Assembly (NCBI GenBank): GCA_937870635.1
Contig: CALMZP010000167.1
Location: 40,917-104,916 of the forward strand
Length of the DNA stretch: 64,000 nucleotides
Direction of reading: 5' to 3'
Source: an uncultured Acidobacteriota bacterium
GTDB taxonomy: Bacteria; Acidobacteriota; Thermoanaerobaculia; Gp7-AA8
Positions 42,148 through 52,102 of this stretch are shown here, in pieces (the first letter of the stretch is position 1; every line of letters begins with the position of its first letter). A program made the translations under genes and the position numbers. Below the pieces are notes generated by a model. That model searched no databases and was not told the DNA's origin. It saw only the letters and a program-made list of their open reading frames with translations.

Positions 42148-42851
42148 ATGCCCGTCCTCACCCCGAGGAGCCGCGGCTGCCCGAGCCTGATCACCGATGG
42201 AAACAACACCTCATTCTCGAGTTGGAAATGCTCGCGCAGGTCGGTCTCGAGATCCCTCAGCCGCTCGTAAAGAGCCCGGTAACTGAGGCAGGCGTCGCCG
42301 GGCAACGCGTATCCGGCGGTGATCTGCCGCAGCGTGACGAGAATCTCGCCGGGTCTTTCATGCTCGACGATCATCGATTGAACGCCGCTCGTCGACGCGG
42401 GCTCGGCGCCCTTTTCCATCGCCTCGATCTGCGGGAACACGATCTCTTCCTCGCGCCTCATGTGCATGAGAAGCTCGGTCGCGAGCTCGAATACGAGCCG
42501 ATGCACTTCGACGAGTTCAGTGTGCACGCCGCCATGCCTGACCAGGACTTTGTCGGCGAGAAGGCTGATGGTTTCCAGGCTCTGGCGCGTGTAGGCATGG
42601 TGCGTATCGACGATGTAACGCTGCAGATCGGCCAGTGGCTTCTGATCCCACCCACCGGTCGACTGCGAGCGGGGATCGCCGATCTCCCGGACCAGTTCGG
42701 CTACGGGCACCCCGGCCGCGAGGCAGGCCTCGGCGACGGAACGGTTGTGATGACAGCAGTAATCGATCTGCCACCGTTCCATCACGGCGATGGCGCGCGG
42801 GAACTCCAGCGCCAGCTCACCAATGGTTTTCGCGTTCACGTCGATGGTCAT
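42144..42851 (-). CDS. Iron-sulfur cluster repair di-iron protein (RIC/YtfE/ScdA family)
   Basis: N-terminal ScdA_N domain (TIGELALEFPRAIAVMERWQIDYCCHH) plus hemerythrin-like His/Glu motifs. The larger ORF 42144..44087 is mostly antisense to the porin gene. Confidence 0.85.
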   Translation of the reverse strand: MTIDVNAKTIGELALEFPRAIAVMERWQIDYCCHHNRSVAEACLAAGVPVAELVREIGDPRSQSTGGWDQKPLADLQRYIVDTHHAYTRQSLETISLLADKVLVRHGGVHTELVEVHRLVFELATELLMHMRREEEIVFPQIEAMEKGAEPASTSGVQSMIVEHERPGEILVTLRQITAGYALPGDACLSYRALYERLRDLETDLREHFQLENEVLFPSVIRLGQPRLLGVRTGI

Positions 42852-42959
42852 GGCAGTTTCGTTCTCATGCTCATCCTGCGGCCCGCTCGAACCAACGACC
42901 ATGATTTTCGTCATAGGACGGGCCCGAAAGCTGCGTTTATATCTCTGCAGGAGATCCTC

Positions 42960-44351
42960 ATGCGCCGTGCCGTGATCGTTGTGTTCCTCCTGCTGTTCGT
43001 CTCTCTCTCCGCCGCTGGAGACCCGGTGAAATTCAGCGGGAGCGTTCGTCTGCGGGCCGAGAACTGGGATTGGTTCGAAACCCCCGGACACGACGATTCC
43101 TACCTTTTTTTCGGAAGCCTGATCCGGGTATCCGCGGCGCAGCAGCGCGGACATTTCGACTGGCAGGCCGAGGTCGCGCAGCCGGCGCTCTTCGCGCTGC
43201 CGGACCGCGCCATCGCCCCCGGCGATCCAGGTCAGCTCGGCTTTGGCGGGACCTATTTCGCCGCGAACGGCGGCGACGAGAACGCAGCATCGATCTTCGT
43301 CAAGCAGGCCGCGGTTCGATTCAAATGGGCAAACCACTCCATCCGCGCCGGCCGATTTGAATTCATCGACGGCACTGAGGTCGCGCCGAAGAATCCGGTT
43401 CTTGCGGCCGTCAAGTCCGGCAGGGTCAGTCACCGTCTTCTCGGCAACTTCGGCTTCAGTCATGTCGGCCGGAGTTTCGATGGTCTGCAGTACGTGCATT
43501 CGAGACCCTCGATCAACTTCACGGCCCTCGCTGTGCGGCCTACGGTGGGCGCCTTCGATCTCAGCGGCATGGAGGAGATCGAGGACGTCAGCCTTCTCTA
43601 CGGATCGGTCACGCACTCCGCCGCGAACAGCGACGCTCGCCTCTTCGTCATCGGATACAAAGACGAACGAGCTGTCGTGAAAACCGACAACCGCCCGCAG
43701 GCCGTTCGCGCCGCGGACCGCGGCGCAGTCGACATCCTGACGATCGGCGGCCATTACCTCGCCGCATCCGGGCCTTTCAACCTCCTCGCGTGGGCTGCTT
43801 TCCAGAGCGGTGAGTGGGGAGCTCTCGACCACTCCGCGACGGCGCTCGATTTCGAGGCCGGATACAACGTCGATGGTCCGATGAATACTTCGATTCGTGG
43901 CGGTGTGTTCCGGTCGAGCGGCGACGACAGTCCGGGCGACGGCGATCACGGAACGTTTTTCCAGATCCTGCCGACGCCTCGGGTTTATGCGCGCTTCCCG
44001 TTTTACAACGCGATGAACAGCACCGACCTGTTTGTCGCCGCGGCAATGAAGCCTACGCCCAGGCTGAGTCTCGCCTCGGAGATCCATCGTCTCCGTCTGA
44101 GCGAGAGCTCCGACCTCTGGTACAGCGGTGGAGGCGCGTTCCAGGAACAGACTTTCGGGTTTGCCGGACGGCCATCCGGCGGCAACAGCGACCTCGCCCT
44201 CGTCGCCGATCTCAACGTCGATTACGCCTTCACGCCGAAAACCACGTTCACGCTCTACTTCGCAGCTGCCAGAGGGAACGACGTCATCGATGCGATTTAC
44301 GGAGGCCGGAGCGCGACGATGGCCTACTTCGAGGTGTTGCGGCGATTCTGA
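42960..44351 (+). CDS. Outer-membrane beta-barrel protein (alginate-export/porin-like) with a signal peptide
   Basis: MRRAVIVVFLLLFVSLSAAG signal, alternating amphipathic strands, and a C-terminal aromatic residue (…VLRRF). The upstream part of the long ORF (42093..) is antisense to the RIC gene. Confidence 0.6.
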   Translation: MRRAVIVVFLLLFVSLSAAGDPVKFSGSVRLRAENWDWFETPGHDDSYLFFGSLIRVSAAQQRGHFDWQAEVAQPALFALPDRAIAPGDPGQLGFGGTYFAANGGDENAASIFVKQAAVRFKWANHSIRAGRFEFIDGTEVAPKNPVLAAVKSGRVSHRLLGNFGFSHVGRSFDGLQYVHSRPSINFTALAVRPTVGAFDLSGMEEIEDVSLLYGSVTHSAANSDARLFVIGYKDERAVVKTDNRPQAVRAADRGAVDILTIGGHYLAASGPFNLLAWAAFQSGEWGALDHSATALDFEAGYNVDGPMNTSIRGGVFRSSGDDSPGDGDHGTFFQILPTPRVYARFPFYNAMNSTDLFVAAAMKPTPRLSLASEIHRLRLSESSDLWYSGGGAFQEQTFGFAGRPSGGNSDLALVADLNVDYAFTPKTTFTLYFAAARGNDVIDAIYGGRSATMAYFEVLRRF

Positions 44352-44368
44352 TCGGCGACAATGCCCCG

Positions 44369-45052
44369 ATGCCGATCGAAGTTCCGATTCCCTTCAGCTC
44401 GATTCCTCTCCTGGCAGCGCTGCGGAAGGAGGACCGCGAGCTGCTTGCCCCGCTCTGTCGGCTTCGCGGTCATGAGAAGGGCGATGCAATCTTTCACGAG
44501 GGCGATCCTGCCGACCGTATCTACTTCGTACACGTCGGCCGCGTGAAGATCATGAAATCGGCCGGAGGCCGCGACGTCATCCTGGAGATCCTCGGCCCCG
44601 GGGAGCCGGTGGGCGCGGTGGCCGTCTTCGAGCGCCGGCCGTTCCCGGCGAGCGCGATCACCCTGGAGCCCTCGTCGATTCTGTCGATCCCGGAGCGGGA
44701 GTTCTTCACGCTGCTCGAGTCGCGTCCCGAGATGATGAGACTCGTGCTGGCCGGGCTCACTTATCGCCTGATGATGGTCAACAAGCGTCTCGCTGACATG
44801 ACGGGTTCAGCCGAGTACCGCACAGCGCGGCTTTTCCTGACATTGTCCGACCGCGTCGGTTTGACGGTCGGGGGGGGCGTCCGGATCCCGCTGCCGCTCT
44901 CGCGACAGGAGATCGCGGATCTCATCGGAACCACGCTGGAGACGGCCATCCGGCTCATGAGCCGTTGGCAGAAGGACGATGTGGTGAGGACCGAGAAGGA
45001 CGGCTTTTTCGTTCCCGACATCGGTCATCTGCGCGAGCTGACCGTCGAGTAA
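44369..45052 (+). CDS. Crp/Fnr-family transcriptional regulator
   Basis: cNMP-binding fold plus a C-terminal HTH (RQEIADLIGTTLETAIRLMSRW). Confidence 0.85.
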   Translation: MPIEVPIPFSSIPLLAALRKEDRELLAPLCRLRGHEKGDAIFHEGDPADRIYFVHVGRVKIMKSAGGRDVILEILGPGEPVGAVAVFERRPFPASAITLEPSSILSIPEREFFTLLESRPEMMRLVLAGLTYRLMMVNKRLADMTGSAEYRTARLFLTLSDRVGLTVGGGVRIPLPLSRQEIADLIGTTLETAIRLMSRWQKDDVVRTEKDGFFVPDIGHLRELTVE

Positions 45053-45112
45053 TACTGCCCGTCGTGACTCGTATCACTTACCCCGCCTTGCCTGAGCGCG
45101 CACTGTCTGCAC

Positions 45113-45589
45113 ATGCCGGCAACAGTCGGACACGAACCGTTCCTCGCCATCGCCGCCGCCTTTGAATCGCTCGGGAAAGTCGTTGCGCTCCTGGATGACG
45201 ATTTCAGGATCGTATGTGCGTCCCCGGCTTTGCGTGGACTGTTCTCGACGCCGGAGCCCGAAGGCCGTTTTCTCAGTGACTTCCTCAACGCTCCCGAAGC
45301 GCTGAAGTCACTTTTCGAGCGACGGCGCTGTGAGGGCGAAGTGAAAACGCGCGACGGCCGCACGCTTGTGACATGCGGCGGGCTCCTGGCCGACCGCTCG
45401 TTCTTCCCCGAAGCGCGTTACGTGATCGCCTTCGACCTCGGCGAAGGTGCGGCGATCTCGCCCTCGGAAGAAGCGGAGCGGATCATCCGCGCACTCGAAT
45501 CGAACCGGTGGCGGCGCAGCGCGGCCGCGCGGTCGCTCGGCATGAGCCGGGCCACGCTGTGGCGCCGGATGCGCGAATTCGGGATCTGA
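45113..45589 (+). CDS. Small regulator with a Fis-type HTH C-terminus (possible PAS-like N-terminus)
   Basis: C-terminal AARSLGMSRATLWRRMREFGI, matching the Fis/NtrC-type HTH_8. Confidence 0.55.
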   Translation: MPATVGHEPFLAIAAAFESLGKVVALLDDDFRIVCASPALRGLFSTPEPEGRFLSDFLNAPEALKSLFERRRCEGEVKTRDGRTLVTCGGLLADRSFFPEARYVIAFDLGEGAAISPSEEAERIIRALESNRWRRSAAARSLGMSRATLWRRMREFGI

Positions 45590-45614
45590 AGAGGCGAAGC
45601 GCATCAAAGAGGTC

Positions 45615-45698
45615 GTTGGAGCCGCGGGCGATCTCGCCCGCGGTTTTTTGTTACGACGAGAAAAGCGAAACCCGCGGGCGGATCGCCCGCGGCTCCAC
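45615..45698. repeat. Paired REP-like palindromes
   Basis: gttggagccgcgggcgatctcgcccgcgg ... cccgcgggcggatcgcccgcggctccac. Confidence 0.8.
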
Positions 45699-45702
45699 CT
45701 GT

Positions 45703-46173
45703 CTATCGTCTGACCGTCACCTCGATCGTCGCGCTGGTGGGGGTTCCGCTGTCGTCCACCGCGTCGACGCGCAACTTGGCCGACACGCTGCTGAATAGCC
45801 GGTCGTCCGGCACCGACTTGCGCGGCGCGAACTTGTAACGCAGCTCTCCGTTCGCCGGTAGCGAAGTGCTGTATCCAAGGCTGCGGATTTTGGCGGCGTC
45901 GTAGCTCTCATCGGCGATGCGGATGCCGCCCAGCGCAAAAACTTCGGCAGAAACCCGCGAGATCTCGACCGGTCGTCCTCCCGTTTCCCGGATGACCACC
46001 TCGAAAGGAAAGTCGTAAGTCTCGCCGCTGACCTTGTAGGCGACGATCGGATTCGGCACGAGCTGAATTGCGATCGCGCCGTGGCCCGGCCGGGCCACGG
46101 CGCCTGATCCGCCGCCGCCGCTGGCGCAGAACGTGGAAAGCAGAAGAAGCGGAATCAGGGCGAGGCGCTTCAT
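45703..46173 (-). CDS. Hypothetical lipoprotein
   Basis: LLLSTFCASGGGGSG lipobox-like signal. Overlaps the sodC stop by 4 nt. Confidence 0.55.
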   Translation of the reverse strand: MKRLALIPLLLLSTFCASGGGGSGAVARPGHGAIAIQLVPNPIVAYKVSGETYDFPFEVVIRETGGRPVEISRVSAEVFALGGIRIADESYDAAKIRSLGYSTSLPANGELRYKFAPRKSVPDDRLFSSVSAKLRVDAVDDSGTPTSATIEVTVRR

Positions 46174-46694
46174 CTCGGTCCCATCTCTTGCAGCGAAACG
46201 ACACCGCAGGCGATTCGGCCGCCGGCGTTGCCCGTCGGCTGCGTCACCAGATCGTCGGGGTTCGCGTGCAGGATGATCGCCTTGCCGATGGCGGAGTTCT
46301 GTCCCGGCGAGACGGTGATCGACCGGGTGATGAAGCTCGTGTGCACTTCACCGTTCGCGCCGGCCGTCACGTTGCCGAAATCTCCGGCGTGATGCGAGGC
46401 GGCGTCAGGCGATGAATGCGGCATGCTGGTCGGGTTGAAATGCCCCCCGGCGGCATTGCCGTTGTCGGCGCAATTCCCGAATTCGTGGACATGGAAGCCA
46501 TGCACCCCGGGCGGGACGCCCGTCAGGTCCACCTTCACTTCAACGCCTCCATCTTTGAGCTCCTGCAGATGGACCGTTCCTTGAGCGGTCGAGCTCCCCA
46601 TGGGTGCCAGCGCCGTCATGGCAGCGGGGCGGCGGGCCGTGGCGCACCCTCCAAGAACCAGAAGCGGGATCGCAATCAGAATGACTTTTTTCAT
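46170..46694 (-). CDS. sodC: Cu/Zn superoxide dismutase
   Basis: GFHVHEFGNC, GGHFNP, HAGDFGN and ILHANPDD metal-ligand motifs. Perfect ggaggag RBS. Confidence 0.9.
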   Translation of the reverse strand: MKKVILIAIPLLVLGGCATARRPAAMTALAPMGSSTAQGTVHLQELKDGGVEVKVDLTGVPPGVHGFHVHEFGNCADNGNAAGGHFNPTSMPHSSPDAASHHAGDFGNVTAGANGEVHTSFITRSITVSPGQNSAIGKAIILHANPDDLVTQPTGNAGGRIACGVVSLQEMGPR

Positions 46695-46881
46695 TTCTCC
46701 TCCAAACCTCTCTTTTTGCCCTGCGAAGATTATTCCGGGTGACACCGATCACGCATGCCTGTGGGGTTTCCTCACGCCGCCCGCCGTGCGGAAACGCCAC
46801 ACTGACCGCGTGATAAAAAAGTTCGCTCCCTGGCTGTTTGCCGTCGCGTTCCTGTTCTGGATCGGCACGACGATCGCCTGA

Positions 46882-48309
46882 TCACTGGGTCCACGCGGCG
46901 ATTCGCCGCCCCGCCGCCCCGATCCACCCGCCGCTGAGCCGCTGGTAATGGATCGCTGCTGCTCTCTGCACGGCGTCCGCCAGCGACGGGTAAGGCGCGA
47001 TGACCTGCGCCAGCTCGCCAATTCGGACTCCTTTCTCACGCGCGAGCACCAGCTCCGCGATCAGCGCCGATGCCGACGTCGCGACGATGTGCGCACCGAG
47101 GAGTCTGCCTTTGCGATCGCACAGCAGCTTCACGAAGCCGGCGGTCGTACGGTCGACGATCGCTCGATCGACATCGGAGAGATCGACCTCGTACACACTC
47201 ACATCGCTGCCGTGCGTTTGGCGTGCTTCGCTTTCCGTCAATCCGAGATGAGCAACCTCCGGATCCGTGTAGAACGCCCAGGGGATGTTCGAGTAATCGA
47301 CTGGCGACCGGCCCGGGAAGAGCATGTTCCGTACGACCTTCACCGCTTCGTATGCGGCAACGTGCGTGAAACGAAGTCCGCCGTGCACATCGCCGATTGC
47401 CCAGATGCGGGGAGCCGATGTCTGCAGATATCGATCGACTTCGATGAACGAACCTCGCGTTCGGACGCCTGCTGTTTCGAGCCCGAGATCTTCGATGTTT
47501 CCGCGGCGGCCCGAGGCGATGAAGATCTCGTCGGCCAGGACTTGATCGGTGGCGCCGGACGTATGCTCGATCTCCGCTGCCCGGCCGCTTCCTTCGCGAC
47601 GCACCGACACGACTTTCCATCCTGTCCGCACGTCGATGCCTTCCGCGGACAACACCGAGCCGATTCTCTCGACGACCGATGAATCTTCGGTACCGAGGAT
47701 CGATGACGCCATCTCGACGACTGTGACCTTCGAACCGAATCGTCGAAAGATCTGCGCGAACTCGATGCCGATCGCGCCGCCGCCGACGATGAGAATCGAC
47801 GAAGGAAATTCGTCCCGTTCCAGAAAGGATGCGTGATCCAGATACCCGCTCTCAGCGAGTCCGGGAACGGCAGGCACGGCGGTGCGCGAGCCCGTCGCGA
47901 TCACGATGTCTTTCGCGGTCAGGCGGCGATCACCGCAAATGACTTCGGCGGGCCCGATGAAGCGCGCATTCCCCTCGATGATGTCGACCCCGAGGTCCCG
48001 GAAGCGTTGGGGATCGTCGTGAACTGCAGTGGCGCGGCGTGCCTCCCGCATCGACTCCATGACGGCGCGTGGCGAAATCTGAGGGTCTACGGCCGGCAGT
48101 CCCCATCGCTCCGCGGTGCGCATCTGGTGCGCCAGCCGGGCCGAGGCGACGAGAGCCTTGGTCGGCACGCAGCCTGTCCAGAGGCAGTCGCCGCCGAGGG
48201 CCGCCTTTTCGATGATAGCCACACGACGTCCCAGGCGTGCGCAGCCCGATGCGGTCACCAGGCCCGCCGTGCCTCCGCCGATGACGAGGACGTCGAATGA
48301 TTCAGACAT
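46882..48309 (-). CDS. Pyridine nucleotide-disulfide oxidoreductase (class I; dihydrolipoamide-dehydrogenase / mercuric-reductase-like)
   Basis: FAD motif VLVIGGGTAGL, redox-active disulfide GGDCLWTGCVPTK, an NAD motif and a C-terminal dimerisation domain. Confidence 0.8.
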   Translation of the reverse strand: MSESFDVLVIGGGTAGLVTASGCARLGRRVAIIEKAALGGDCLWTGCVPTKALVASARLAHQMRTAERWGLPAVDPQISPRAVMESMREARRATAVHDDPQRFRDLGVDIIEGNARFIGPAEVICGDRRLTAKDIVIATGSRTAVPAVPGLAESGYLDHASFLERDEFPSSILIVGGGAIGIEFAQIFRRFGSKVTVVEMASSILGTEDSSVVERIGSVLSAEGIDVRTGWKVVSVRREGSGRAAEIEHTSGATDQVLADEIFIASGRRGNIEDLGLETAGVRTRGSFIEVDRYLQTSAPRIWAIGDVHGGLRFTHVAAYEAVKVVRNMLFPGRSPVDYSNIPWAFYTDPEVAHLGLTESEARQTHGSDVSVYEVDLSDVDRAIVDRTTAGFVKLLCDRKGRLLGAHIVATSASALIAELVLAREKGVRIGELAQVIAPYPSLADAVQRAAAIHYQRLSGGWIGAAGRRIAAWTQ

Positions 48310-48691
48310 AAACGGTGACCTTCCGCTCGCGGGGCCCATCGAGCTCGATGAAGTAAACGCCCTGCCAGGTTCCCAGAACGAGACTTCCGTTCCGATAGGG
48401 CCACGACAGGGAGGTCCCGATCATCATGGAAAGAAGGTGCGAATCCGAGTTTCCTTCTCCATGGCGGAAGGAGACGGCCGGGATCATGGCCCGCAGGGCT
48501 TTGACGAGGTCGGCGGGTACGTCCGGATCGGCATTCTCGTTGACCGAGATCGCACAGGTCGTGTGCGGGGTGACCACGGTGCAGATGCCGTCGCCGTCCG
48601 TCAGGCCGCGCAGCGCCTTCTGGATCGGCTCGGTGACGAGGAGGATCTGCTCCCGCTCCCGGGTCCGGACGGTGAACGTCTGCTCTTTCAT
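48302..48691 (-). CDS. YjbQ/UPF0047 family protein
   Basis: Full-length match to the conserved YjbQ fold (…TCAISVNENADPDV…GTWQGVYFIELDGPRER…). Confidence 0.75.
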   Translation of the reverse strand: MKEQTFTVRTREREQILLVTEPIQKALRGLTDGDGICTVVTPHTTCAISVNENADPDVPADLVKALRAMIPAVSFRHGEGNSDSHLLSMMIGTSLSWPYRNGSLVLGTWQGVYFIELDGPRERKVTVYV

Positions 48692-48739
48692 GTTCCGAGC
48701 ATATAATTTCGGACACCGCAAAACGGGTCCAGGGTCCTT

Positions 48740-50305
48740 ATGCCTTTCTACTGCATTCATTGCCGGTCGGAGATTGAGCCGGCCTACAAAGCGTGTCCGC
48801 ATTGCGGCGAGCCGATCACCGATTTTCTACGCCGTTATCTCGAGACGCCTGTGGACGGGAAGTACCAGATCCTCTCCCGTCTGGGCGTAGGCGGGATGGG
48901 TGAGGTCTACAAGGTCGTTCACGTCGACCTCAACGCGATCCGTGTGATCAAGCTGATGCGGAGCGCGATTGCGGACGACCCCGGCGCGCACGAGCGGTTC
49001 CTGCGCGAGGCCCGCCTCGCCACACGGATCTCCCACCCGAACGTCGGCACGCTCTACGACTTCTCGACGCTCGAAGACGGCTCGAGGTACATGGTGTGGG
49101 AGTTCATCGAGGGGATCAACATCCACGAGCTCATCGAGGAGCGCGGGCCGTTGTCGCCGCGTTACGCCGCGAAACTGGCGATCCAGGCCCTGCAGGGACT
49201 CGAGGCGGTGCATCGCGCCGGCATCGTTCATCGCGACGTCAGTCCCGAGAACCTCATGATCACGCACGACTCCAGCGGCGAAGAGCGCGTGAAGATCATC
49301 GACCTCGGCATCGCCAAACAGTGGAGCGAAGAAACCGACGAGAAGACAAAGACAGGGATGTTCGTCGGCAAGTGGAAGTACTGCTCGCCCGAGCATCTCG
49401 GAATCCTCCCCGAGGGCGAGCGGATCGACGGCCGCGCCGATATCTATTCGTTCGGGATCGTGCTGTACGAGATGCTGACCGGCACGACACCCTTCCAGGC
49501 GACGACACCGCACGGCTATCTGATGCTGCATGCGTCTGAGAGGCCGCGGCCGCTCCGCCAGGTCAATCCGAGCGTCACGTCGTCGCCGGAGCTCGAGGGC
49601 GTCATCCTTCGCGCGCTGGAGAAGAACCGCGCGAACCGGTTTGCGTCGGCGCGCGATTTTGCGCAGGCGCTCGAGACCCTGCTGCCCATCCTCAGCGACA
49701 CACCGGGCGAACCGGTCCCGATGCCGCTCGGAACCGAGCCGACCGACGGCGCCACGAATGTCGTACGAGTCGATGGCGATGCAGCGACCGTCGTGACGAT
49801 CGGACATTCCGAACCGACGGTGCAGACGTCGCTGGGCGAGACGCCGCCGACCATCGAGATTCGAAATCAGCCGTGGCGGAGATATCTGCCTCACATCGCA
49901 GCGGCTGCCGGCGTGGTGATCGTCCTCGTTCTCCTCGTCTCGATGTGGAGTCGCGAGGAACCGCAGACCCTTCAGGCCGCCGTTCCGCCGCGCGCTGCCA
50001 GAGCATCCGTCCTCGTTCCTGCTGCAACGGGCCGCGTGGGGATCAATGCATTTCCCTGGGCGACGGTGCTCGAGGTGCGCAACGTCGCGACTGGCGAGAC
50101 CGTAGCGATCGAAGCGGGGCTGGTGACGCCCGCGCCGATCGAGCTTGCTCCCGGCAGGTACGAGATTACGCTCTCCAATCCCTCGTTCCGTGACCCGGTC
50201 AAAGAGGTAGTGGAGGTGACGGCCGGACACGATGAGCTGATCAACGTTCATTTCACCGATCCGGCGACCGCATCCCTTCCGTCGCTGCTCCGAGGTGGAC
50301 GATGA
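48740..50305 (+). CDS. Ser/Thr protein kinase with an N-terminal zinc-ribbon and a C-terminal TM plus extracytoplasmic domain
   Basis: CIHC-x11-CPHC ribbon; kinase subdomains GVGGMGEVY, HRDVSPEN, DLGIAK; a TM helix near residue 395. Confidence 0.85.
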   Translation: MPFYCIHCRSEIEPAYKACPHCGEPITDFLRRYLETPVDGKYQILSRLGVGGMGEVYKVVHVDLNAIRVIKLMRSAIADDPGAHERFLREARLATRISHPNVGTLYDFSTLEDGSRYMVWEFIEGINIHELIEERGPLSPRYAAKLAIQALQGLEAVHRAGIVHRDVSPENLMITHDSSGEERVKIIDLGIAKQWSEETDEKTKTGMFVGKWKYCSPEHLGILPEGERIDGRADIYSFGIVLYEMLTGTTPFQATTPHGYLMLHASERPRPLRQVNPSVTSSPELEGVILRALEKNRANRFASARDFAQALETLLPILSDTPGEPVPMPLGTEPTDGATNVVRVDGDAATVVTIGHSEPTVQTSLGETPPTIEIRNQPWRRYLPHIAAAAGVVIVLVLLVSMWSREEPQTLQAAVPPRAARASVLVPAATGRVGINAFPWATVLEVRNVATGETVAIEAGLVTPAPIELAPGRYEITLSNPSFRDPVKEVVEVTAGHDELINVHFTDPATASLPSLLRGGR

Positions 50306-51471
50306 ACAGGTTGACCCTCACGGCCGTTCTCTTGATCGCGTTTCCTCTCGCCGCGGCGGAGCGCTGGTGGGAGTCCTACAACCGCGGCGTCAAAGCCGTG
50401 AATGCGAAGCAGTACGAGGTGGCCGTGCAGGCGCTCGCAGCGGCGATCGCCGCTGCGCCAGCGGAGAGCAGCGCCGCGCGCGTGCGGAATGCCGCGATCG
50501 TCTACGTGCCGCACTACTGGCTCGGCGTGGCGAAGTTCAACCTCGGCGATGTCGATGGCGCAGTCCGCGCCTGGCGTACCTCGGAAGAGCAGGGAGCGAT
50601 CGCCAAAACCGAGTTTTATCCAAAGCTCCGCGAGTGGGTTTCCCGCGCGCAGGCGGAGAAGAAACGCGATGCCGCCGACGCAGCGTCCTCGTCGAAGAAA
50701 GCAGCCGACAAAGCCGTCAGTGCGGCGATGGTTGCACAGGTTGCGGCGCTGTCCGCGGGCGCTGACCGTACGGATACCTATCGCGCAGGCGAAGCGAAGC
50801 TCCGTGAAGCGATGACGCAGTTCCGCGCCGCCGGAACCGACGTGACCGTGTTCGAGCGTGTCGCGCAGACGGCCGGCCGGGCGCGCGAATTGTTCACGAA
50901 GGCCGCGGATGATGCGAAGAAGCTGAAAGCGACGCGCCAGCAGCAGATCGCAGCGAAGCAGGCCGCGCCGCCGCCCGTGGTTGCCCTGAAACCGACGCAG
51001 CCCCAACCCGAGCCTGAACCCGAGCCTGAACCCCAGCCGGTGCCCGTGTCTGCGCCTGTGGCAACGGCCACGGCCGCCGAGGCACCAGCGGAAACCGTGG
51101 CCGTGGCTGAAACGGCACCTGTCCCGGTGGTCGGGAAGGCCGCCGCTGCGCCGACGGCCGAGATCTCCAAAGCGGCTCTGCGCTCCCAGCTGGAATCGGC
51201 CTACCGGTTCTACGCGAGCGGGAACTTCGAGGCGTCGGAGAGGGCGCTGACGTCGATCCTGAACGCGACGCGCTCCGGGGAGGCTTACCTGCTCCGAGGA
51301 TGCGCGCGATACACCCGCGCGATCCTCTCGCGGCAGCCTGATCCCGGCCTGGCAACCGCGAGCAGCGACTTCAAAGCCGCGCTCAAGGTGAACCGCAGCC
51401 TGAGACTCGACAAGCGGACGTTCTCACCAAAGCTCGTGGAGTTTTTCGAGAGCGTGCGGAAATCGGGGTGA
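50302..51471 (+). CDS. Secreted hypothetical protein with low-complexity PEPEPEP/Ala-rich and TPR-like regions
   Basis: Signal peptide. Translationally coupled to the kinase (ATGA overlap). Confidence 0.5.
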   Translation: MNRLTLTAVLLIAFPLAAAERWWESYNRGVKAVNAKQYEVAVQALAAAIAAAPAESSAARVRNAAIVYVPHYWLGVAKFNLGDVDGAVRAWRTSEEQGAIAKTEFYPKLREWVSRAQAEKKRDAADAASSSKKAADKAVSAAMVAQVAALSAGADRTDTYRAGEAKLREAMTQFRAAGTDVTVFERVAQTAGRARELFTKAADDAKKLKATRQQQIAAKQAAPPPVVALKPTQPQPEPEPEPEPQPVPVSAPVATATAAEAPAETVAVAETAPVPVVGKAAAAPTAEISKAALRSQLESAYRFYASGNFEASERALTSILNATRSGEAYLLRGCARYTRAILSRQPDPGLATASSDFKAALKVNRSLRLDKRTFSPKLVEFFESVRKSG

Positions 51472-51483
51472 GGGAGACGACCC

Positions 51484-51580
51484 TTCACCGCGGAGACGCG
51501 GAGTACGCAGAGGGACGCGGAGATTTTCAGAACGTCCTTTGCCGTCCCCCTGCGCTCTCTGCGTCTCCGCGGTGAACGTG
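51484..51580. terminator. Inverted repeat between convergent genes
   Basis: ttcaccgcggagacgc[ggagtac]gcagagggacgc ... gcgctctctgcgtctccgcggtgaacg. Confidence 0.5.
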
Positions 51581-51585
51581 TGGGG

Positions 51586-52044
51586 TCAGTCCGCTGTGCG
51601 CAGCTCGACGCCGTTGGCCACGAACGAGACTTCGCGCGCGGTGCCGTCTTCGTTGCGCGTGAGCTTCGCCCCTTCCTCTGAAAGGTGATCCGCTTCCTTC
51701 TTCGAAAGAGTCTTGATGGTCGTCACGCCCTCGGCGCGGGCAACCATGCCTTTCGAGTCGAGCGGGATGAAGAATCCGTAATCCTTGAACGTGACGCGGA
51801 CGCCCGGTTTGCCGGCTTCCGGCACGAGCTCCATCCAGCAACCCTTGCGGGTGCAGGCCTGGCTGATCACGCCGTCGACGACGACGGCAGTCTTCGCATA
51901 CGTCTCGGGCGACTCGAGCACCGTTGCGAGCGGAACCACCTTCGCGTCGGGCATGATTGCTGCGCCGCGCTTGATGACTTCCTCGCCGGCGAGCGCTGCC
52001 ATCGCGATCAGGAGCATCGCCGTCATTGCTGCAATTCGTTTCAT
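51586..52044 (-). CDS. DUF4920-like secreted protein
   Basis: Signal peptide and a CTRKGCWMEL motif. GGAGG RBS. Confidence 0.55.
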   Translation of the reverse strand: MKRIAAMTAMLLIAMAALAGEEVIKRGAAIMPDAKVVPLATVLESPETYAKTAVVVDGVISQACTRKGCWMELVPEAGKPGVRVTFKDYGFFIPLDSKGMVARAEGVTTIKTLSKKEADHLSEEGAKLTRNEDGTAREVSFVANGVELRTAD

Positions 52045-52102
52045 GTTCGAGCCTCCGTTGGCCTGGTGAATATACCGGATCACGGCAATATAGACTCCAC
52101 CC

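Noticed and set aside
42093-44351. 752-aa plus-strand ORF
   Set aside because: Only the C-terminal 463 aa (from MRRAVIV... at 42960) look like a real secreted outer-membrane protein. The N-terminal 290 aa are antisense to the RIC/YtfE gene and have no features, so the start was moved.
43814-45052. 412-aa ORF
   Set aside because: Its first 185 codons overlap the porin gene out of frame. A real Crp/Fnr regulator starts at the ATG at 44369.
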